A stretch of DNA of 59,774 nt, the filler included, from Bipalium vagum (taxonomy: Eukaryota), in NCBI GenBank assembly GCA_037834085.1. It is 3 parts of 3 records of this genome, joined end to end, with 100 filler letters (N's around TTAATTAATTAA, not from the genome) between each part and the next. Parts side by side here need not be neighbours in the genome. Positions count along the whole stretch, not along the records: positions 1 to 17,888 come from JBBMKC010043881.1; positions 17,989 to 38,490 come from JBBMKC010251880.1; 1 more part is not named here. One strand, given 5' to 3'. Each line of letters begins with the position of its first letter. Position 1 is the first letter of the stretch. The notes beneath the pieces are model-generated. The model searched no databases and had not been told where the DNA came from. It saw nothing but the letters and a program-made list of their open reading frames with translations. The position numbers were made by a program, and so were the translations under genes. Below, piece after piece: positions 12,689 to 28,400 of this stretch.

Positions 12689-13905
12689 AAAGAGGAAGAT
12701 TTGATTATACTGTTAAATATATTATAGACATGACACTAACTAGACAAATTTATTTGCAAAATAAATTAAATAGAATTGAAGCAGTCGTACAAAATCATTG
12801 ATACTACAGTAAATAAATATACTAATTTCGATATCATCACTCTAGGAGCACAGTTCTTTATAATATCAATGATTTCTTAATGTTCATAACTCTTTCTCGT
12901 TCAAGTCAAATTTAAATACTTGTTTATGTTATCGAATGAGTGTGATTTATCTAATCATGTGGTATATCCAAGTCTTTAGATACATCGATTACTTCAGTAG
13001 AACTACAAACAAAAATAAACACTAGAAATAAGTAAAAAATAATTACTTAAAGAATTCAAGTCGACTGTAAAAAAAAGAACAACATAAAGCTCTTATAGTT
13101 AATATAACGAGAGGAAAACAGCGTTGATAATTATGGTATAGGCACTGATATGATACCATGTCAAGAAATAATGACGATTCATTTAAACACTTATCAGCAA
13201 CTGTTCGGTTTTGATAAACTCGGTTAATTTTTGACAATAACTATTTCTGGTGATCCTTTTGTTGAGTTTAAAGATTTTATGTTATTGTTATCATTCTGGT
13301 TTATGCAAACCATTACAATATAAATACAAATTATATTGATTGTTATTTTGCACTACCTGAGAGCTGGAGTCAGGTTTAAATTTGATACACATACATAGCT
13401 ACTTTGTTGTTTTTTTTAATTATGTTAAATCATAATTGAATTTGTTTAATATGAATCAACCAATTCGATCGTTTACAACGGAAAAGTTCAAGACCAATTT
13501 AATTTTTTAGTTGAAATCATAAAACTCAATTACTTATATTATCAAAAAGGTTTTAGCTAAGTCAATGTTGAATTGCAATTTAACTAAATTGGAAATCTTA
13601 TTTTAATCTCATTTATAAAATGCTTATTAACACCAAAGGTAACAAATGATAACACTTCAGACTAATTGTCATATTGTAGTGAATAAATATTTTGATTATT
13701 TTTAACATAAAACATCAAGATATTACAAAAATTAATTGAGAAAAAACAACCATAATAAAACAGTCATCGTTACTATATATTTCCAAAATAACAATAATAT
13801 AATTATAATAAATTTTTCATCAATGTTAAGTTTCATTCGTTAATACCTACTTTTTGTTCTGCGAGAAATTTGTTAAAGACGAATTGGATTCATTGTAGCA
13901 ACGTC

Positions 13906-16774
<2,869 letters not shown>

Positions 16775-17888
16775 CTAAAATTTAAAGAAACTATATTAAA
16801 CTGATAAATCAGATGAAATCATCATAGAATCATCTGAAATCCATACCTTGTATCACTTTAATTTAACAACTCGTTTTGTAACACAAAATCGGTGTTGAAA
16901 TTGAAATGTGCAATTTTATATCTTACCACTTGTAAAAAAGTATCAATAAAAGAAGTGTTTAACTATCTCTTTCAGCTGAATTATTTATAACTTGACATAT
17001 GCCTTACATATAGAAAACTTAAAATGTTATTTGTTTTCGATTATTTATCCCAGTAAAACAAATTGTAATTAATATTAACTACATGACTTTAAGAATTGTT
17101 CATTTTTAAAATTTGTTTATAGAACTTAATTTTGTTAAAACAATGTTTTTAAATATTATTTTTTCAATTTAGTTACTAATTTATTCTATATTTATATTAC
17201 AGAAATTCCTACCAAAATTACAAAAGAAATCTATAAATCTAGTTCTAATAAAAAGTAACTTAATTATAATAACCTCTGTTAATCGCAAATGCAGTAGTCA
17301 TATCAAGATTGTCTGGTTGATAGACGTCCATAAATAAATTCATAGTACACAATTTAATCAATTAAAGCGATAAACGAAAAATAAATATTCGTTTTATGAC
17401 GAAATAACATGAGTTGAGTAAAGTAAAAGGATAATCTCACACAACCCATTAAAATCCCAAAGATAAACAATTTGTCTTTAATAATAATAATCTTTGGAAT
17501 TTTTTAATAAGTCATTATGATTTTTTGATTTTAAATGACTTAATCCAATTTTGGTTTGAAAATATCTTTCAAATTCGAATTTCATGTTTTTGTCTCTATT
17601 TTATTTGTTATGTTTTTATATACTTTATTTATTTATGGTTGTGGAATATGATAATAATTAGTATATAAATGGATGAAAAGTGGTATTCCGTTTTTCGTAG
17701 TTCTCGCTTTTTTATTTTTTTCGAAATACAAAAGATTTTATTTAAAAATAAAGCACAAAAATTTGCCAGATAACAAATCTTATTTTAACTAACACTCATT
17801 TTGGCTTCTTTTATCCGCAGCTGATAGGCTAAGTTTATCTAAGTTATCTGATCAACCCACGTTTTGATGAAAAGTTTTTGCAATTATT

Positions 17889-17988
17889 NNNNNNNNNNNN
17901 NNNNNNNNNNNNNNNNNNNNNNNNNNNNNNNNTTAATTAATTAANNNNNNNNNNNNNNNNNNNNNNNNNNNNNNNNNNNNNNNNNNNN
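17889..17988. other. Assembly gap with artificial six-frame-stop linker
   Basis: 44 N + TTAATTAATTAA (17933-17944) + 44 N; identical structure at 38491-38590. Confidence 0.95.
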
Positions 17989-18152
17989 ATACAAACTACA
18001 TAAAACGTAATACAATTAAAAGTATCTTACGCGCCTCTTTCTCAGCTTTCACATGGTGTACAACTTGTTAATATTTTAACAAATAATATATTCAAAATTT
18101 TCTCTTAAAGTTTATATAGAAAAAACGCACGAATTTATGAATCAACCCAATA
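17989..18152 (-). mobile_element. Mariner terminal region running into the gap
   Basis: AAACGCACGAATTTATGAATCAACCCAATA closely matches the terminus of the mariner at 54882-54912 (AAACGCACAAAATTATGAATCAACACAATA). Confidence 0.7.
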
Positions 18153-18262
18153 ATTAATAATAATAAAATAATTTCTTAATTTTAAATAAAAACACTGGGC
18201 TTAAGGTATGATCAACAGACTATTTAAGCCCAATCATCAATCAAGTAAAAAAATCTGCTAAC

Positions 18263-21200
18263 TTAAATTCCATTTCAATCCTGAAGTAGATACGACGACA
18301 CCATCTCCGAGGGGAATGAGACCACACGTTCCTTCAGCAATCTCTTGATCAACCAATACTCTATGATTGCCCTTTGAAGAAAGATCTCATAAAAGTTTCC
18401 AGTTTTTCATCACTTAAATACTCACTGGAGACAACAAAACAGAAATATCGCACTCAGAAATGAGACAAACTTGAATATGGGGAAATTTCTTCACTCGATA
18501 TAAACTATTGAACATGGCAAATGTGTGATCAATCCTGCCACCGGATTTAAAGTGAACAACAATGTTTTCGATCTGTAGAACAAATATATCAATTTTTGTA
18601 TTAATCCAATTGATAATTTTATTACCTTTTTATGATTATCGATTAAATATTTCAACCCCTTGTCTAAATCAGTAAAATCTTGATCAGGAGTCTGAACGAC
18701 ATTGACATTTTTCTTAAAAGTTAACATTTAATTTAACCGGTTCTGTCAAGAAAATCTCAACTCAATTTTTTATCATTTAAAAATTTTACAAAAATTTTAG
18801 AATCATTTTTTAATTTATTTATAGTTTTCATTGGTGATATTTTTTAAATATTAAATCTCAATTTTCCAAATTCCATACAATGAATATTAATAGAGATAAA
18901 TATTCAAGGCGCAGAATTCTTCAAGATATTTATTTTCTGCAGTATCCCATATACATTGACACAAGTAAATAACATAAAACATGAAAAAAATTAAATGTGT
19001 TTTTCTTAAATATAATAAAGTATTAATAATATTGAAACAGAGCATGAAACATGAAAACAGCACCGTATTAAAAGTGTACGTTTTTATTTTTTATCTTATT
19101 TCTGCTATCAAAAATGTTGATTATTTAACAACGAAGACTCTATTATTATAAATTAATTATTTTACATTTCAATGATAATAATTATTTTGACCAATCACAA
19201 TTTTACAAAATATTTTAATTAAAAATTAGACTTTTAGCTAAATAATCAAAAAAAAAATTTAATATCAATGACTGATGAACAACTGACCAGCAATTCAAAA
19301 CATGTTTCATGATAATAAATATTTAGAAAAATCTTGTTTTCAATTGTTGAAATACGTTTATTTAAAAAATAAATTGATTATGTTCACACGATTAAATATC
19401 TGTATCATAAATTTTAGTTTATATTATGAAATAAAACTGATTTAATTTTTAAATATATTTCATAATTCTTTAATTTATGTAAATAATTTGGTTTTTTAAA
19501 TTAATAATAATGATACTACTAATAATAAAAAGAATTAATGTATTCAGATGGGTTGAACGCAATTGATAAATAAGCTTGTCATGGAAAATGGCTGATCGGT
19601 TCAGGTAATGTAAAAAAGTAACAATATAATGATTCCAAAATTTATACAATTACTCACAGTTTAGAAATTCTGTGAAGGAAAAGTAATTTTTTTCTGCTTA
19701 AGTAGATTTATGATTGATTCTGCATCAAAGTTTGTGCTAGGGTTCTGAGCGAAACTGACAGCTGATGGGTGATCGAAAAAACTAAGTAAAGTGTCAGGGG
19801 ATTTGATTTAAAATCAGAGAAGTATTCCATTACTGTTATTCAAATTTTTTTTTGTTTTAATTTTTTATGTTATTATTCAAGATGAATGGATATATTAGAG
19901 TAAGTTAATACTTATATATTAGTTTTCATACTTTTGTAATGTTGATTGAATCGATTGTATTATATTGCCGGCGGTTATTGACAATCATAAGAATTGTATG
20001 ATATTTGTGTTATATAATTAATAAAGATTTTAAAATTGTGATATTTGATTTCAAAGAGCTAATATGTTTAACAAACAAAACCAAGTTAGATTTAAAGGGA
20101 TTTAGTTAATAATCATTATTATTTAAAATTTGATATCATTATTATTATTACATTTTTTACATTATAAATACACATTCTTTCGGGTTTTTATCTATAAATT
20201 TCTCCAACCTTTTTTATATGAATATTTTCCAATACATTTTCTGTATTTAATCATTATATTATGCTAAGAAGAATACTATTGAAAATATTGCAAGGTATTT
20301 TTATCAAAAAACCAAAAGAAAATAATAAATTTTACAATGGACTTTAAAAAGTCCGACTATTTTTGCAATCTGTTTATTTCCTCTCACTGCCACAAATGAA
20401 ACACGTCTAAGTTTGTGTCTCACTTTAGTTTTACGAGGAAAAGGTGAATTTTCTTAGGAAAAACCTATAATAATGTTTTTGTATATTATATATATCTTTG
20501 GATTTTCAATGTATATAAAATAATGAGGATTTTGTGGAAGAACAGTTGATTGAAAATTATAAGACACCGAAATGTATTTTGATTAGAAAAACCCTCACAG
20601 TAAATGTCAAGAGGATCCTGTGAAAAATTATTTTGCACCTCCATAATGCAAAACGAAAATTTTATATTTTATTTCTCAACGGATTAGATGGTAAGTAAAT
20701 TTTGTGAATCTTGATAATAAAAGGGTTTGAAAAATAGATCAATTCTATTTGGGTGATTGAAATGAAGGCCGGATTTTGACTAAGAATCAACTTTTCAAGA
20801 ATGAACTTCAAGCATACTAATTTATGAAAAGGGACATAATATTAGCCACGACTGTATATTATTCCTGAAGCGAAGTAGATCAAAGATCATGCCAGAATCA
20901 TTTGTCGACTTGCTATCGGTCTTCAAGTGATTATTTTAATTTTTTAAAATTTTTGATATTTAGGAAAACCTAAGCACTCAGAGAATAGAAATCAGACCAG
21001 TTTTATGAATAAAAATTTCAACATGCCAAGGAGATCAAAAAATATATAATTTTATTCCCAGAATCTTGTGGACATTCGTAGTATAAACTGTCATTTTGAG
21101 AAATTATAAAGAAAAAATTGTTTTTGTATGAATGCTGTTTGGCAAGATCAATATAGAAAACATTAATGACTTAATTATTTCTGATCTTTTTATGATGTTC

Positions 21201-24200
21201 GTAATTATGATTATTACTCATAAAAAAGAAAAATATGTGAAGATAAAAACAATTAAAAAAAATTCAAAATCTCACAGATTAAAGAACTTTTGTCTTTCTC
21301 ACAACTCAACTGAATGAACAATCAATGATGTAATTCAGTGACAGTTTCAGTGCTGAAATATACGTAGAATAAAACTAAAAGGTGAAGAAGACAACATTAT
21401 AAATATGTGATTAGATCTTGGTTTATGAGTTTGATATGCAAATAAAAGAATTATTTTTCAATTATGAGAAATTAATCGAATCGATCAAATGTTATGTTTT
21501 ATTCATTTATTTTATTTATTGTTTTATTTTTCATTCTGAATTTGCATTATTGGGAAAAGAGTCAAGACATTATCTGGGCTTTGAGAGAAACTAGTTTCTG
21601 AAGAAACCAAGATTTATGACACAAATCCTGAATTTCTTTATCACAATAACCGCTGATCATTCATTACATTTTGTACTAATTTTGGTAAGAAATGTAAAAT
21701 TCAGAAAATATGGTCCCGGTTTGATTTAAAATTGATACACGGTACACGATTTGAATATAAAGAACATATTACAAATTTGAGGATCACTTAACTATTTAAA
21801 TCAGAAAGTCTTCGAAAACTAGATTATTTGTTAGAATAATTATATCTTTCAAAAGTGAATCTATTTTTAGGACCCATGACAAAACCTTTACTGATTATTA
21901 AAATAAAATCTTGGTTCTTCATCAATCTTAAAAGATTTCTGCTGAAATAATATTTCTAATCAATTTAATGAAAAATATTGATTACCACCACGAAAATTAG
22001 ATTGTTATAGTTTTTATAGACATTATATTTATAATTTATTTATTATTATAGATACTGAGAAGGAAGAACCGAGTCTCTGAATTGTATTATCTACATGACA
22101 AAGCACCTATTTACACCAGTGGATTGTCAACAAAAACTAAAGATTGTAGCTTGATTTTGCTCTCACATCCTCCTTACAGTCTAGACTTGGCTTCTTCCGG
22201 TTTCTTTTTTTTCAAACACCTCAGGCGGGAAATAAGACGTAAAAAAATTTCATCAAAAGACGATTTTCAGAAGACTCGCTGAGTATCTGAAAGACAAATC
22301 TCCAGATTTCTTCAAAAATGCATTCTCGTAACTTGTCACTTGCTGGAAAAAATATGTTGCCGTTTCTGGGAACTTTATTGAAAAATAATCACTTGTACAT
22401 ATTCACTGTTATTAAAACAAAATTATTTCGTGATTACTTCTTGTTTTCTACCTTAGACTCAGTACTTTTTAGGCAAACCACGTACTTTTCCCCCCGATCA
22501 ACGAGTTTTGGAAATTTTCACTGTAAGAATGCATTTAAATTGATAAAAATGTCAATTACATTGGAAACCAAAACTTAAATCGAATTTATTTCTAAATCAT
22601 AATTTATGAGACCCGACTAATTGACTTTTTAAAGAAAATTGAAAATAGCCAAAACATTATCAAAAAATAATTATAAAGAATTATTTTTTATGTTTTTGTG
22701 TTCAATACAGTTGAATTAATCACCATGAGACTTATGTTGTGACATCGTTTCAAGAGATGAAAAACCACTATACAAATTTGACGGATAAATACCGTTTAAA
22801 AGTTATTTTTCATTCTAAATAGTCCAAACGCAAACAAAACAATGCAAACAATTATTTTTTTTAAGACACAAATTTTAATATTGTGTAATTCTGTCTATTT
22901 CCCATTATATTAAGATCATAAATAAACATGATATTCAATATAATTTTTTGTGTAATTGTAAAGGAAAATACAACAAAAATATTTCGAAATATTTATAAAA
23001 ATTAATATTTAACAATTTTTTGAATTTATTGATTGTTGGATTCTTACTAAAACGGAAAATGTTATATGCAATATAAGAACGGTAATCAGACCATGGGAAA
23101 TTTTAATTGTAACATTATTTTTATGTTAAAATTTACTGACTTAAATGATAACAAAAGATGAAAAAATTATTGATTTTAAAATATTTTTGAATAACTGAAA
23201 TATATAATTAAAAAATTTATATAAAATAAAATAAAATAAATAATAAAATAAAATTTGATTTATTAAAATTTCCATGGTTTGATTTTTTTTGGATTTTTGA
23301 TTACAAATAAATTATTAGAAAAAGTTATTTATATGGATTATAAACCGATAGGTGTTAATATACAAAAAAATTCTTTGTAGAAATTATTGTTTCCCTTAAA
23401 TTTTTTATAATTTCAGAAAAAACCTTTATAGTGAACCAAAATATGAAATGTATGATAAAATAGTTTGGTTCCAACGATTTGACTTTTACAGTGAAAATCA
23501 AAAAAATGTATGATAATCAAAGAAAACCAAAGTGCAACACTTACGAAACACTGAAATTCGTCAGTACAACTCATATCAGAAGAGAAGACTACGGTTCTAA
23601 TTGAAAATTAATTTAGAAATTTCAATTAGTCTTCTAATATAATTTTTAAAATAGAACACAAAATTTATGATATAATAAGGTCTATTGTTCGTCATCAAAC
23701 AAAAATGTAAGACTCTAATTTAGGTGGACACTTGAGCCATATTCATCTCACACGGGTAGCACAAAGTTAACATAACATAACATAAAGGTTAACATAAATC
23801 AGGTTTGAATTCTACATGAGTTTTGGTTTCGATCTAATTAGTTAGGAAAAGCTACATTTATTATGAGCTTCTATCTATAGAATTAAAGTTTAAAGATGTT
23901 GAGTATAACTGTCAATAAGAAGATCTGAAAAAAGGTTCAGTGAATAAAAACATCCTGAAATAACTAATCGATAATAATGAGTTTCAAGTTAATGTTAGGT
24001 CTGAAGTAGCTTTATGAGTAAAGGATGAGATATTCTAAGTCACTTTGCATATTCTCCTACTTTTTCAAATTATTATCTTTTCTGTTCAGATGGCAAAGAG
24101 TTTGACTTTTTATAAAATATCGGAAATCCGCTGGAAAAGAATTTAAGCCAACATCACAGAACACAGAATATTTCTTACTGAAAGTATCTTGAAACTGACA

Positions 24201-25149
24201 AATCGATGCAGACAGCTTTTATTTATTGAGATTTTTGATTTTTTTTTATTGCAGCCATTCACTGATGATTCTCTTTTTATATTTCAATGTCCCCAATTTT
24301 ATCTGATTGCGTTCAGTGAAACAATTAAGTCGTTCATATCAAAGTCTACATTGTGTAATTATTAGGAATGTCTCAAAAATCATTGATCATTAACATTTTA
24401 TAGATAAGCAGTGCAATCAGTAACACACAATGACTTGGTTGTCACCTGGCAAGTATTTGCGCTGAAAACCCTAAGCGTGGAACAACATTTACTCGATCTT
24501 TCTTTTAAAAAAAAACTAATCCGTGATTTATATTCACTTTCGACTTATCTGTGTTTAATCTGTCCATGATAATATCCGATTTGAAAGAGTATTTTAAGCT
24601 GGGCGGAGCTCAACCATGCAGTTTAATTATTATTTTAAAAATTTTAATTTAAAGTTCACAAGAAATGTAAGTAATGTAAAATATCACATTAAAGAAAAGA
24701 AATTCGGTTAAAGATCAATAATTTTTTCAAAATGTTAATAATATTAAAATTTTCTATGAATAACGATTGTAAATCGAATTTTAGAAAGCAGAAAATTACC
24801 ATTTGTCGATAATAATCCAAAATTTCTGGTTTAATCGAATCGAAATCCCCAAGGAGAATGTTTGGAACATATACATTCTCAAGCATCTTAGAATGGATTA
24901 TGTTTGCAAATCCGTCAAGAAAAACACTGGCAGATGCTGCAGTTATTAAGTTATTCTCTAATTAAGTCAAACAATAAATAAATAAATAATCAGACCATTT
25001 TTCCATAAAATATCAAATATTTTGTAATTCTCAATCGGGGTGTTCAATAATATTAAACCACAATTTCTTTCTGAAGGAGAGTAAACGACATATAAGATAA
25101 AAAATGAAATTTTTTTACTGGAAACTTTTAGAAATGAAAAGAAGTTCAT
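18263..25149 (-). CDS. TPK1: Thiamine pyrophosphokinase, six exons, last exon missing
   Basis: Exons are 25149-25119, 25070-24996 (GLILLNTP...LWKN), 24936-24800 (LDGFAN...PNILLGDFDSIKPEILDYY), 18712-18626 (TPDQDFTDLDKGL), 18572-18426 (GGRIDHTFAMFNSLY) and 18371-18263 (CGLIPLG...STSGLKWNL). All show GT-AG junctions in compatible phases. Confidence 0.93.
22050..22484 (+). mobile_element. Mariner 3' fragment with TIR (in TPK intron)
   Basis: YLHDKAPIYTS...LSHPPYSLDLASSGFFFFKHL; ends ...TACTTTTTAGGCAAACCACG+TA. Confidence 0.8.
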
Positions 25150-25579
25150 AAATCAAATTCAATTTTAAAATTTATATTTAAACTTATAATGACCTTGAAT
25201 TAATTGATGTTAAACAATAAAACTTTGACTTTAAATACATCTTAAAAATAACATTAATAATTTTAAAGATAATAATAAAAATAATAATTTAAAATTCACT
25301 TGTTTTTAAATAATTATTTAACGATCTTTTATTGATTTAATTTGATTTTACTCTGATTTTTATTATTTAGAATTTTAACTTTATTACTATTCCAGTATTA
25401 CATTTTAAATTCAGACGTTAATAATAATAATGATTGAATATTTCATAAGACAATATAGTTAAAGATGCTTCAATATGATTACGTTTTTAATTTGATTTTA
25501 ACATTTTCAGAAAATATTTTGAAATTTTACAAAGAATTTAAAATATTAATGATCATTAAGTGATTATTATTTTCGCGTG

Positions 25580-26300
25580 TACAGATATGACATTGAGCAT
25601 CCTAAGCTGTAGAGTATTCATGAAAGCCTGTACTTTCGAGGTCTTGAAGTTCTCCTTCAGACAAGAAGAAAACCCCCACTATACTCAGAATGTATCTGAC
25701 TAAAACGTCATAATAAATTTCATGAGAAAGTTGGATTTAGTTGGGGTGTTGGTATAAGGATCAAAACTCTACTTTATTACAATTTTAGCAATATTGACTC
25801 TGCTGCAATTTATTTTACTCATATTCATCATTAAATATTCTAATTCTTGTGATAATTGAAAAATACATTCTGTTTATCTGACGGATTTTGTCAGTAGAGC
25901 CACTGAGCCATCTAACACAGATGGCTACTGTGTTTTAAATATATGGCAAGATGGTACAAAGAATATTGAGATTATCAAAAAAAATATTCTGGTAAAAAAG
26001 ATAATGAAAGCTTAAATGGGAAACGATATCGTGAAAACAAGAGAAGGAAAGATTTGAATTCCAAAGGAAAAGGAAAATCCATGATAAAAGTCATGCATGT
26101 TGTATTGACACACACTGAAAAAGAAAAAGCCACTTCACAACGTGGAAAGAATATTTAAGTCCTTATTGTTAAGTTTTTAAAAGCGGTGTTTACTGTTGGT
26201 GTTTTAAACCTTGGAAGTTCTTTCAAAAACTTAACGTAGCTCACGTTAATATCAGAAGGATTTTAAAGAGTGTAACGTTCGGTTTATGTAAAAGGCTGAG
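25580..26300 (+). mobile_element. Degenerate Gypsy-like pol fragment
   Basis: About 26020-26130 reads IVKTREGKI*IPKEKE..MIKVMHVVLTHT, resembling the integrase N-terminal xIP...H...H zinc-binding region. Confidence 0.4.
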
Positions 26301-28139
26301 TTTGAAGATATTTTTATTTTAAATCGACTGGGTGACTGTAATGTATTTGCAATTATGAATAAAAACATAATCGTGATAAAAATATAAAAGTGATATTCAC
26401 TAAGTCAAAGCAAAACAATTAAATAGTATTAATTTAAAAATTATATTTTTTGTCAATTCAAATACGTTTACAAAACTTTGTTGAACAAAATAAATTTCAA
26501 AATTATTATTAAAGATAAGTCCCGGAAATGTCAGATTATACTCTTTGCTAACCTAGCTTAAAGAGTCCTCAAATTCAAAAAACGCTCCTCCGCCCAACTT
26601 GACGTCGAGGAAGCCAAAAGGTTATAAGGGAGAACAAGTAAAACTATTTTGATTTTGGAATAATAATTGGGGATCTATCCAATTGTTTAATTCCTTTTTT
26701 GATTTTAAAGATAATTTAAGAATAATTACAATATCAATTTTTAATCAAATTGATATTGTGAATTATAAATTTGAAAATAAAAAAAATATAAAAATATAAT
26801 AACTTTTTGTATAAAAGTGTTATCTCGTAATCGAAATACCCCCTTTTTTATAATTGAATTGATGATTTATGATCCTTCCTGGTAGCTTGATGTTGGTAGA
26901 TAGCAATGGATTTCGTCTCTGGGCTTCTATCTATCCGTCAACATATGATTTCGTCTTGTGAATGGAATTCTAGAGTGATTGATCCTTTTGTTCAGTTTGA
27001 TCGTCAGGTTTCGGTTGTTTTTATTGCTTCCGCTGTTGTTTTTGATTTTGTATTTGTCCCTTTTGTTACTCTTTCAATCGCTCGTTCTTTTTCTTTTTTC
27101 TCCTGCCCCTTTTTTTATTTTTAGAATGTCAACTGTTTACATAGAGTTGTCGCTTTGCTGTATCGTATCCAATTTCTTATTGGTTTGACAACAGAGGTGG
27201 TATTTGATCTCTTTGAATAAAGAAGATAGCCTGAGAATTTAATTTCTTCTGACTGAGTAGGATCTAATTTAAACTGCGTTCGACGTTTTATTTCTACGTA
27301 TTACAGTTACTCTTACCGTTTTTTGTGCGCTTTGTAATTATAAGCGACTTAATTTATAATAGAAAATTTTTCTTTTATTTATAATTAGTAATCCGAATTT
27401 ACTAATTTTAGTTTTTCATATATTAATTTTTTATTATTTATTGCGTTATGGATTATTATTTTTATTTTCAGTAATTATTTTTACTGAACTTTATAAATTT
27501 AGTATCATTTCAATTTATGTACTAATTTCTTATAGATATTAATTATATTATATTTTTTATTTTATATTTTTATAATTTATAATTTTTCGGGATTTATCAA
27601 TAATAAAAACATTTCACATATTTTACACGCATGCAAAAATAAAAAGTTCTTTACAATTTATATATGCACACAAAAAGATTGTATGGATCACAAAGATGTT
27701 TTTTACAAATTTTTTTTACAGAGTTAATATAAAATGTTTTTTAAGAATTAATTTCGTTTCTTTTCTCCTGAAAGTCCTGGGAGTTTGTCTTTGCCTGGGG
27801 GTCCCCACATTATGCATAACCATAATCTAGTTTTATATTTAGGCATTTTGGAAATCGGGTTTTGATAAATTTTCAACATTGAACAATTATTTGGATAAGT
27901 GAATCAATACAAACTCCTACAGAAACAGATAAATGATAATCAAGTTACAGATTTCAACATTTTTATTATTAACATTACATAATAAAATCTAATGAAAAAT
28001 AGTAACACTTATTTATATAAAAAATAAAATTCGTAAATGACGTTTATTATTATTTTTATTAAAGTTATATTCTATGTATATATTTATTATTTCTTTCAAT
28101 TTTATAATAAAAGTAAATGCTTGTTTATAATGTATAGCT

Positions 28140-28400
28140 GATGATATAATATGAGATCAATACATTCTAAATCAAGCTTTCTAAGCCCCTGAAAAATATG
28201 CCACTTTTCCATCATTTGGGAAATCATTTTGCTGGTCTCCAATTGCTACCAAATCTAAAAGTTCAAAAGATTATCGAGAAAGAACCAAATCCAGGGTACT
28301 AAAACGAAGGATATAAATACTCTATCAATTCTCAATTCCGAAAAGGGAAACAGAAAACACAGCCATATTTTTTTATTTTAGAAACTAGAACATGGTTCTT
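28140..28400 (-). mobile_element. Mariner 3' remnant
   Basis: Minus strand shows decayed YPS..S.LDLV (cf. HPPYSPDLA) and ECID near the end. Confidence 0.35.

Noticed and set aside
17264-17321. Minus-strand ATG mini-ORF MDVYQPDNLDMTTAFAINR with a GT donor, a candidate alternative first exon for a kinase-less AMPK
   Set aside because: The donor is phase 1 while the next AMPK exon is phase 0, so splicing gives an immediate stop. There is no similarity to the expected AMPK segment.
20560-21000. Possible transposase remnant
   Set aside because: Motifs are too decayed to support a call.
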